In this document: positions 34,501-42,900 of the stretch, in pieces
Layout of the letters: every line of letters begins with the position of its first letter
How positions within the stretch are numbered: position 1 is the stretch's first letter
The notes under the pieces: model-generated
The model's database searches: none
The model's input: the letters and a program-made list of their open reading frames with translations, nothing else
Told to the model about the DNA's origin: nothing
Translations under genes and position numbers: made by a program
NCBI RefSeq assembly: GCF_052425735.1
Contig: NC_135769.1
Coordinates: forward strand, 5,704,001 to 5,768,000
Source: Oculina patagonica
Taxonomy: Eukaryota
Length of the DNA stretch: 64,000 nt
Direction: 5' to 3'

Positions 34501-37500
34501 GCTGCAATAGCTATTGGCTCTTGCCGAAATCTAATCAACACTCCAACAAGCGGATTTGTCAAATCAGGGCCTTGCAATAATTGCTGATTCAAGGAGGTTC
34601 CACGATATTTCGCACCACAGTCAAATACAACTCTAACCTTCCCTGGCTTCAACGGGTGTGTCACAGGGTGATGTGGCAGGTACCAGACTGGTTTCTCTTT
34701 CAAATTCAGCTCTTCTGTTGGAACTTTCTGGGCATGACCTTTCATTATGTACTCTTGCATTGTGGTACGGTACTTCAGGAGTAGATCTTCATCCTTAAGG
34801 AGTCGCTTCTTTAGAAGTTGTAACCTCTGTTCCGCCACAGGTCTATTGTTTGGTAGTTCTGGGCATCCTTGTCGCCATGGCAATGCAACTTGGAAATGCT
34901 CTCCAACTCTTTGTAGGGATTCCTCCATTTTGTTCAAGGCTAACTTGTCTTCAACTGATGGTGAGACTGTTGTCCCAATCACAGAGTCTCCAAAATCTGT
35001 CTTCCAAAGCCGTTCAAGTTGCTGGTGCAGGGTATCATTGTCAATGTCACAGTCAATTAATTCTTCCTTTTCTTCCTTTAACGGAGGGAGATTTACAACA
35101 GCTCGCTGCTCTAGCCTCTCGATGGGTTCCCTGTGCTCAAAACTGCCAACACTCTCTGAACACATTGCAGTTTCGAATTTCACCCCAGTTTTGTCAATTG
35201 CCTTAGTCGAAGGATTCTCATGCAAACAACATCCGCCCAAATCCATGTCATCCGCAGATGTAACTCGGACAAAGTTCACCGAACAATGTTCATCTTCTTT
35301 GCGTTCACCCATGGGACCTATCACTGTCCACCCCAGGCTGTAACGGATAGCTACTGGCTCGTCGATTGCACCAGCTTTAAACTCTAATGGGAGGAAGAGA
35401 CAAGGCTTTTCTTTAAGACCAATCAACAACAAAACTTCTCTATTTCCAACTTCGGGAATGTCAATGCCTCGTAGGTGAGGCCAGCAAGCAAGATCTTCTT
35501 TCTTTGGAATACAACTTGGAGAGATAGGCATCTGTGCGACTGTCTTTACACTCGGTAACTCCACCACAACTGACTCATCCATAGACATTACAGTCAAGTC
35601 TACCACACGACTCTCCATCTGAGTTGAACCAGTCATTCCAGTCAGCGTAAAGTTAAGCCTTTCTCCTTCCAGCTCAAGTTTGTTAGCTAATCGTTCATGA
35701 CACAATGTCACCTCTGATCCATTATCAAGAAGGGCATATGTCTGAATAATCTCGTTGCCCTTCCCTCGAACCTTAACAGGGATAATTCCCAGACACACTC
35801 TTGTTTCTCCAGCCCCAGTAGCTGCCACAGCAATTCCATTTCCATCACCGGCCCCAGTAACGTCACCTGACCTAGCAGTCCCTTGACTTGGTTGCAAATG
35901 TTGCTCTGCAATAGCAGCGGTTGCAAAGTTACTGTTTTGACTAGCAGTGTTTCTGTTCATACTGTTAAGGTCTCTTCGAATTCCAGCAGCGGGGCGATGC
36001 ATCAGGGTATGGTGACTACCTCCACAACCAGGCCTTTGACACTTGAAATTTACTTTCGGGCACTCCTTGGCAATATGTCCCTTAACTAGACACTTATTAC
36101 ACAGTCCACCACTTTGCACAATTTTCCACTTCTCTTCATAGGTGAGGCCTTTGAATTTACCACACTTCCAAACGTCATGCTGCTTTGTGCAAACTTGACA
36201 AGGCGCGGGGGCATCCACAAATTTCGATCCTCTAGCATTCTCATTTTGACCATCGTGAGTTGGTCCAGTTCCAGTGGCAAATGCTGACAGGCTTGGGAAG
36301 TTTCCACTTTGATTCATTTTGTTTCTTTTAGGAGGTGTCTCCTTCAAAGTTCCAGTAACCATATCTCGGCCAAACTCGTTGTCCACCAATTTAGCTCTTT
36401 CCTTGACAAATGCTACAAAGTCTTGAAACTTAGGTCTGCGGTCGGCTGCAATAATCCTCCCAGCACACTCGGTCCATCTCCCTCTTAGAAACATTGGCAA
36501 CTTCTTTGCGAGCTCTCGCAAAGTGTTCATGTGATTAAGATCGGACACATATTCAGCACCCATGCCGCTCAAAGTTCGATCTGCGGTGTCCAAATGTCTG
36601 CTGAGCTCCAACAACGAAGGTCCATCCACACTCTTCATACAAGGCAGATTCAACAACTTCTTAACATGAGCCTCCGCAATCACATGCGGTTTTCCAAAGT
36701 TCTCCCGTAAGGTTTGTTTTGCTACTCGGTAACCATCGTTACGCAGATTTGAACAACTTTCGATAGCTTCCTTTGCCTTTCCTGTGCAGTGTTGTATGAG
36801 AAGTTGTAATCTCCTGGACTCATCCGGATTATCCCTTTCCAAATAGGTTTCAAAATTGTGCATAAAGGTGACGTACTTCAATGGATCACCATCAAACCGA
36901 TGATACTCAACCTTAGGTGAGGAAACTACCTGTCTCAAAGCCTTTACCATCTCTTGACCACTATCGAACTGCTCATTTGCTGGTTCTACTTTCACGACTG
37001 GCGGCACATAGGGTCGAGGCATCTGCCAAGAAGAGGACCAAGTTTCACTAACACGTTGTCCAACTGATGTCTGCCTGGGTTCAATTTTTGGCAAGGAACT
37101 CCTACTTGCCACAAGGTTGGGAGGTGTACACTGTGGGTTTCGTATAATGGGTGCCGGCGCGGTCGACACATTTCCAGCCAAAGTAGTCAACGCCGGAATA
37201 GAATCAGTTGGCTCCACAGATCCAGGACAAATTAAATCAACCTGTTCAGTCCTACGGGGTAAGGCTGCTCTCTGATTCGACAGGGTTGAAGTAACTATGG
37301 TTGTATTGTCTAAATGATCATTCACACTGACCTTTGAGCTATCTGGAATTTTACTCCTTTGTGAAGGCTCTAAATAACCCAGGAAGGATTTCTCGCGTGA
37401 TTGTTCCATGCTTTTCTCTTCATAAATCTGAAGAGAGACTGCCGCCCTTTCAGTCTCCATTTCTGCTTCTATTAGCTCCTTCTTCCTTCGAATTTCTTGC

Positions 37501-38129
37501 ATTTCCTGTTCAAACTGCTGTCTAATCCCTAACTGTCGGAGATTCAATTGCGCCAGGGCCAATTTCTCCTTTTTTCTAGACACTGTAGACAATCTTGAAC
37601 TCGACGTGGAAACCCCACTTCGTCTGCTCCTTTGCGTTCCGCGAGAAAACTCACTATAGTTATCTCCTCGTTCGGGTTCTCTGTCCTTGTACCATAATCG
37701 CACGGTGAAGTCGAGATTGAGCTTTCGTTGCAGCTGTTCATCGTATGTCTTCTGTGTCTGTTCCAAAACAAGGGTGTCCATAAAAGGATCCAATAATTTC
37801 AGATAACTTTCGTGAGCGTCCACGAACTTACGCCAAGATTCATCAAATCTCGCATATTCCTTCGACACATCTTCACGACTTGCATCGCTTTCGGTAAGGT
37901 GAACAATTTCATTATAAACCTTCGTCAAATTTCCAATATGGGCGGCGCGTGATTTTTGAAGAGCGAGTTTCTTTTCGTTTAAGACGCCTTCCCTGTCTTG
38001 CATAACACTAGCTTGTCTATCCCTTGTGCTTCTCCTTTCTTCCATTCCAATTTCGTCGCTCGTACCATTAGCTGCGGTATCGAAGAATCCATTCGCTTCC
38101 AGTGGCGATTCAGGTTGTTCGTCTGACAT
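31548..38129 (-). CDS. BEL/Pao Gag-Pol polyprotein, 2193 aa from the first ATG
   Basis: Gag (FDGDPLKY), three Cys/His knuckles, protease LLDNGS, RT YVDD, RNase H FSDGS, integrase HHCC plus GVDYFGP/SDCGTNF/WERMI, and a C-terminal WPLARV domain; PR-RT-RH-IN order. Confidence 0.96.
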   Translation of the reverse strand: MSDEQPESPLEANGFFDTAANGTSDEIGMEERRSTRDRQASVMQDREGVLNEKKLALQKSRAAHIGNLTKVYNEIVHLTESDASREDVSKEYARFDESWRKFVDAHESYLKLLDPFMDTLVLEQTQKTYDEQLQRKLNLDFTVRLWYKDREPERGDNYSEFSRGTQRSRRSGVSTSSSRLSTVSRKKEKLALAQLNLRQLGIRQQFEQEMQEIRRKKELIEAEMETERAAVSLQIYEEKSMEQSREKSFLGYLEPSQRSKIPDSSKVSVNDHLDNTTIVTSTLSNQRAALPRRTEQVDLICPGSVEPTDSIPALTTLAGNVSTAPAPIIRNPQCTPPNLVASRSSLPKIEPRQTSVGQRVSETWSSSWQMPRPYVPPVVKVEPANEQFDSGQEMVKALRQVVSSPKVEYHRFDGDPLKYVTFMHNFETYLERDNPDESRRLQLLIQHCTGKAKEAIESCSNLRNDGYRVAKQTLRENFGKPHVIAEAHVKKLLNLPCMKSVDGPSLLELSRHLDTADRTLSGMGAEYVSDLNHMNTLRELAKKLPMFLRGRWTECAGRIIAADRRPKFQDFVAFVKERAKLVDNEFGRDMVTGTLKETPPKRNKMNQSGNFPSLSAFATGTGPTHDGQNENARGSKFVDAPAPCQVCTKQHDVWKCGKFKGLTYEEKWKIVQSGGLCNKCLVKGHIAKECPKVNFKCQRPGCGGSHHTLMHRPAAGIRRDLNSMNRNTASQNSNFATAAIAEQHLQPSQGTARSGDVTGAGDGNGIAVAATGAGETRVCLGIIPVKVRGKGNEIIQTYALLDNGSEVTLCHERLANKLELEGERLNFTLTGMTGSTQMESRVVDLTVMSMDESVVVELPSVKTVAQMPISPSCIPKKEDLACWPHLRGIDIPEVGNREVLLLIGLKEKPCLFLPLEFKAGAIDEPVAIRYSLGWTVIGPMGERKEDEHCSVNFVRVTSADDMDLGGCCLHENPSTKAIDKTGVKFETAMCSESVGSFEHREPIERLEQRAVVNLPPLKEEKEELIDCDIDNDTLHQQLERLWKTDFGDSVIGTTVSPSVEDKLALNKMEESLQRVGEHFQVALPWRQGCPELPNNRPVAEQRLQLLKKRLLKDEDLLLKYRTTMQEYIMKGHAQKVPTEELNLKEKPVWYLPHHPVTHPLKPGKVRVVFDCGAKYRGTSLNQQLLQGPDLTNPLVGVLIRFRQEPIAIAADIEAMFHQVYVDPEDNNVLRFLWWPDGDLEKEPEEYRMVKHLFGATSSPSCANFCLQKTASTYLEGFDPETIQTVMRNMYVDDLMKSVSSPETAIKLSTQLRELLKKGGFRLTKWLSNDRDVLVEIPECERASSVVNLDIEDLPTACALGLKWNIEADKFVWDVSTKVQTLAKVKPMTRRGILSLVSSLFDPLGFIAPYVMKGKLLLQDLCRRKLSWDTEIEEQDKVQWSHWLEDLLKLEEVQVDRCFKPKHFGEIKNVQLHIFSDGSRVGYGAVAYLRLVDVFDQIHCSFVMGKARLAPIHEITIPRLELTAAVISVKLSGIIREELEIEVDRVNYWTDSTTVLKCLNNDSKRFHTFESNRLTAIRSGSSVSDWRYVNRDDNPADDASKGLRLDDMTRNSRWLNGPAFLWKEENCWPSMIEVPELKDSDAEVRKESRIYATSVAQDPFDSLIHHYSSWWKLKRAFAWLLRYKQFIRSKVCKKKDATLNDGCPSGKPEVRIGNLTVVELQKAEEEVIRRVQKSAFPNVYKALVNMSSGSSERQIKRVIKKEGSSIFKLNPKLRNGLLSVGGRLECAPIDEDLKHPFILPSHHHVTELIIQYHHIKVGHLGQESVLTSLRERFWVVKGRSAVRRVLKKCLDCQRRKAPTGEQFMAKLPEDRITPHEPPFTYVGVDYFGPIEVKQGRSRVKRWGCLFTCLTVRAIHLEVAHSLNTDSMINALRRFINLRGYPKEIRSDCGTNFTKADKELKDAVNEWNQQTISGFCAQRGIEWIFNPPAASHMGGSWERMIRSVRQILKALLKEQVVCDEVLSTVLTEATNILNSRPLTRNSDDPMDEEPLTPNHLLQLRPCASLPPGIFEKEDLHCRRQWRQAQYLASVFWKRWIKEYLPTLQERKKWNEPRENLKVGELVLLADENYPRGQWPLARVVEVFESEDGYVRSAKVLTSCTVVTRAKRRREREIKVTRTVLTRPITKLCRLEMSSP

Positions 38130-38225
38130 ATTCCGTAAACACAACAAATCGTTTCGCCGTTCGCATTCCACACAATCCAACAAATTTCCAATTCCAATAA
38201 TTTCCAAGGCGAAGAAGTCGAAAAC

Positions 38226-38611
38226 TGTTACACAGCCCAAGTGCTATGTAGTGATTCAAAGTCAAATTTAACGTCAAAAACTCAGAACTTTTAATACATA
38301 ATACGATCCAGGTTTCAAGATTACACTCTAACAATCCAGGTTCAGTTCAGGCATACCAACTATAGTTCAGGTTTTCTACAAATACAAATATGAACTAGTA
38401 AACATAGGAAACGAATCGAAGTACATGTAGGTACATTTTGCAAATAATATGACTCTTACCGACTGTTTCGTTAGGTCCAAAATGTTCAACAAGGTAAAGA
38501 AATAAAAACAACATGGCGAATCCAAGCGAGAACAACGCACATGGTTGGTCACGTGATGCAAATTCGTGACGTAATATAGGTCCGCACAACGTGCACGCAA
38601 TGGTAGCTACA
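38226..38611 (-). repeat. 5' LTR (386 bp)
   Basis: See 3' LTR. Confidence 0.96.
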
Positions 38612-39752
38612 CTATAAGTCCCATAAGGAATGCCCAAAGTGTTCATTTGTATTAGATTAAGTCCTGCATTCCTTTATTCAAAGATTTTTTATAGAGAACC
38701 ACACTAATGAAAATTGTTTATTGTTATAAAAGTATACCAAGGTGTTGGAATTTATTTAGGCATTTTTTATGGCTGTAATATTTTATGACTTATTTGTTGA
38801 ACTGCAGATTTAGAAAGCAGTTCCTGGTCAGCCATACATGTTAATGTATGTAGTTTGTAGCGCCCTGGCACAAGTAAAGAATTGAGAGATTAATAAAATT
38901 GGGTGCTTTCTGTCATAAAACTAGAAGTATTGTTATTGTCTGTTTAATGTACAGTTTGGATTGATGAGCTCTCGATCCAATTGGCTGAAAAAAGTATGAG
39001 CTTTAACAAAAAGGAGCAAACATACAGTGTGGCATGTTTGTTTATGATCAAGTGAAAATGAATATCTCCGCTTCCCCTCCCCCAAGGGATACCCCTGGGA
39101 ACGAGGTTGTTGAACACCCGTGAATCGGCCAAGCAGACAAAAATCCCCATTTACCACGTAGATGAGCAAGCAAGTGCCTACCTTCTCTCCACACACACCT
39201 CGGAGCACCTCTCAATTTTGCAATGTGTGAAAATGGCCAGAACACGGGCATTCTTTCAATTCAGTAATCCCACCATTCACCCCACTCACCACTTAGTTGA
39301 ACAAGAAAGAGCCTACCTTCACTTCCCTTCTCCTTTTTTTTGAGCCTGGACCCCCCCCCCCCCCCTTACCCCTCCCTCTTACGTTACAGACACGCCCTTT
39401 TAAGCACCTTCAGCTCTCAGATGTTAGGATACCGAGTGGGTGGGAAGTGTCAATTTTACAGTGTTGTGTGAAAATGGCCAGAACGCGGACAAAAATATTC
39501 TCTTGTTGTTTTCGGAAGAGAACTGCCACCTTTCTTTCAATTCAGTTGTTACACCATTCGACCTACATATAATTTTTGTGCACTGCTCCTGGGAAGGCCA
39601 GAAAAAAATGAGGGTTATCTTTCGTGACATCTTACCGACAGAATGCCTTTCAAAATGCCGGCGTGACTGACAATAATGAATGGGCCTTTCATCTCGTTGT
39701 GAATGAAGCCTTTTTTTCCAGACACCTGAAAAAGGTCATTGATAAAATCTTT

Positions 39753-39875
39753 TTGCCAACGTGGCAAAAATTGAGTCAGCTCGTACCACATGACATAAAT
39801 TATCCAATCAAATGCACCCAAGCGTCACCAAGACGTGACGCCCCCTGTCCCTATAAAATGCATATCCCGGGGAAA
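39753..39875 (+). promoter_or_regulatory. Calumenin-2 proximal promoter: TTGCCAACGTGGCA, AATTATCCAATCAAAT, TATAAAA
   Basis: Motifs at 39753-39766, 39798-39813 and 39852-39858; shared with the CALU-1 promoter. Confidence 0.72.
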
Positions 39876-39970
39876 TCTCACACGCACATTGTCGAATTTG
39901 CGCTGCGAGGAAGATTTCTCGAGTGTGTTTGAGCATCTTGCAGTTATTGTTTGTTTATTTTTCCCGTAAA

Positions 39971-42900
39971 ATGGCTAAACTTCTCTCCGCATTGTGCATT
40001 TCCTTGTGTTTTCTCGCCGTCTGCGCGAAATCCGTCGACGAAGGAAAGAAAAGCCGTCGCGATGGCAAACTTTCTGATCAAGAGCATTATGACGAGAAAG
40101 GCGAACATAACTCTGAGTACGATCACGAAGCTTTCCTCGGAAAGCAAAAGAAGTCCTTCGACCAGCTGACTCCTGAAGAATCCAAGGAAAGGCTTGGGTG
40201 AGTTGAATTGGCCTTTGTTTGCACTGATCGTTGAAATGCAGTTTTGTTTTGAAGGCAAGCTAGAAGCCTACCCAAGTTATGGCTTCTCTGTTCGTAAAGA
40301 TCCTCTTTGGATGCCGTGTTTTAGCTACATAATGTTGTTATGCAGCTGCCAATACAGTAAGTGTTATTTTTATGCGTTACAATTGAAAATGAAGACAACT
40401 GTTTGATTATGTGAAGGAATTTCCAGAAGGCGGCTTTTCAGTGTTTGAATCGCGCGCGGTAAGCTTTTATAAATATTCAAATTGAACAAATTTCTCACGA
40501 TTAGAATATCTGATGCTTGTAAAAAATCCGCAAACCGAAGAGTTCGCTTTTACCCTTCTTTGTGAATGTATTTAGATACCAACAAAAACTTTGAAGTCCT
40601 TAGTGAAATTTTATCCCTGCTAAATTTCAGCACTGCCACGTGTAAACCAACTGTGTGACCGGCGTTGCGTGACACTTTTTTGACACTGTCGCGTGACGAC
40701 CACTTATCCAGCAGGCAGGGAATTTATCTAGACAGATAAAGAAGACCTTTTAGTGCAACACTTAAGAACAGATTTGGATGCTAAAATAACAGCCATGTGA
40801 ACTCTAGTTAAGTTGCCTATTTCTTTAATGATTAGAGTAGCACTACAAGATTCCTTATTTGAATTATAATGAATTATGGGATTTTCTCTCATATTAATTT
40901 TATGCACTGGTAACGTTGACACAGATGCCCCTGTCCGATTATTCTTGTGGAGATTGGATGGCTCTGCACAGGCCAATGTGGGGTTGTCTCCACCAGAAAA
41001 TGTTTAATTCCAGAAATTATATGCTGGGGGTGTCATCCAGAGGGGAGTGGAAATAATCCTAGTCGCTTCATGTTACTGAAGTTTTAGAGATGCAATAGAG
41101 AAGCCACGTTGAGATTAACAATGAGTTTACCTTCCTACCTTAAATTATAAAAGAGTACAGATGGCATAGATTGATATGAACTATGACTTCTTTACACAGA
41201 AAAATTGTTGATAAAATTGATAAGGACAAAGATGGAAAAATTACAGCAGAGGAACTTGGCGACTGGATTAAATTTACCAAAGAACAATACAATGAAGAGA
41301 CTGTCAACCAGCGGTGGAAAGACCTGATTGTAAGGGTGCAATCACTCGGAAAAACTGTTGATCCTACTGGGTCAATTACATGGGATGAATACAAGAGAGC
41401 CAGCTATGGAAAAAATCCAGGTATAAAAAGTCTTAGTATTAGTATACAGTACTAATGCTTATTCTATAGCATGCTAGACAATTTTTTGCTAGGGGACTGC
41501 TGATTATATAATTTGTACAAGAACCTCTTTGTGATAAATTTGTTCTGAATCAACATCCCTAGATAAGGTAATGATTCGGGGCCCCTGTTGATATCAGTGC
41601 TGCTGACTCTGCGACCCTAAATTATTGTTAATAAAGGTGTCTGTCCATCCGTCCGTCCATTCGACCATCCATCTCTGATCAGAGTGCACACTGAAGATAA
41701 ACTGGGAGTAATACATGTATATTCCAAAATTGTCAGTTCAGTGATTCTTGTGAAAATGAGAGTAGTAAGTTAAATCTGTGACAGTTGACATTTTATTTGT
41801 ATCTGTCATTCAGAGGAGAGCGAGGTGTACAGAAAGCAAGTAGTATTAGAACAACGACGATTTAAAGCTGCAGATCTTGATCAAGATGGCAAACTGACAA
41901 GGGAAGAGTACGCCGCCATGTATTATCCCTGGGAATACAAACACATGCAAGATGTCGTTGCACAGGAAAACCTAGAAGATATGGACAAAGACAAGGATGG
42001 ACTGTTATCACTTCAAGAATACTTAGGTACTTAAGACTTCACCTGTTTAGTTTTTTTAATTTTTTTTTAACTGCTGATCCTGAATGACATTCTAAACATC
42101 ACAGATTAGCTAAGTAGTTAACGTGTTAAATCTCCCTGATAATCCAGGATAGTGGGGGTGGGGGAGGGAGGGGGGCATGGGTGTCTGAACAATTCCTGTA
42201 ACTTTAACTCCTGGCTCCTGTCCCTACATTAGTTGTTCCGGCCACTTGAAAAATATTATGTAGTGTTATAAAAAATTTCCCAATTTCTCCCTCTAACTTC
42301 TGCCAATGCGATGCAATAAGGGAATCCCCCTTGCCACTCTCTCTTCTCCCACCTCCCCCTCGAGTTCCTGCTACCTTAACTCCAAGGTTCCCACTCCCCT
42401 GTACATGTCCCTCCCCCCATCCCTCCCACTGGATACATGCTAAATCTCTTGGTCTCCCAAAAGGTAAATGTCAAATCTCCTGGATATGAAGGAAAATGCT
42501 TCAAGTCTGCAGTTCAATGTGGTTTCACGCTTAGGGGAGATGTACATGTAACAATGTTTATTGAGTTTTTTTATGAAGAAATTGGTGGAGATTTTAGACA
42601 CTTGGGAATTAAGTTGTAAGATTAAAGGTTTCTAGAAATATTGCAGAAATTCTATTATTTTGTATACATGTTATCATAATTTGTCATTTTGTTTTATATC
42701 ACCGTAGACGAAATTCATCGCAAGAGTGAAAAGGACATGACTGAAGAAGAACTTAAACAGAAGAACATTGACAAGACTTATTTCCATTCACACCGTGACA
42801 AAAATAGAGATGGCATGATGGACAAGGTTAATAACATCATTTTAGGGGTTTTCATATTTATTTAAAGATGGCTATGTTATGCTCCACTGTGTAGTTCCAT

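Larger units (their letters stand above)
30872..38611 (-). mobile_element. BEL/Pao LTR retrotransposon, full length and intact
   Basis: TG...CA LTRs at 30872-31257 and 38226-38611; TSD CTATA (30867-30871, 38612-38616); PPT-like TAGGGGCCGG next to the 3' LTR; single gag-pol ORF. Confidence 0.97.

Noticed and set aside
34747-35343. 198-aa plus-strand ORF and other short ORFs within the BEL and LINE elements
   Set aside because: Antisense or alternative-frame shadows of long transposon ORFs, with no motifs.
38130-38240. First 37 aa of the 2230-aa ORF
   Set aside because: Begins at a non-ATG codon inside the LTR; the first ATG is at 38129.
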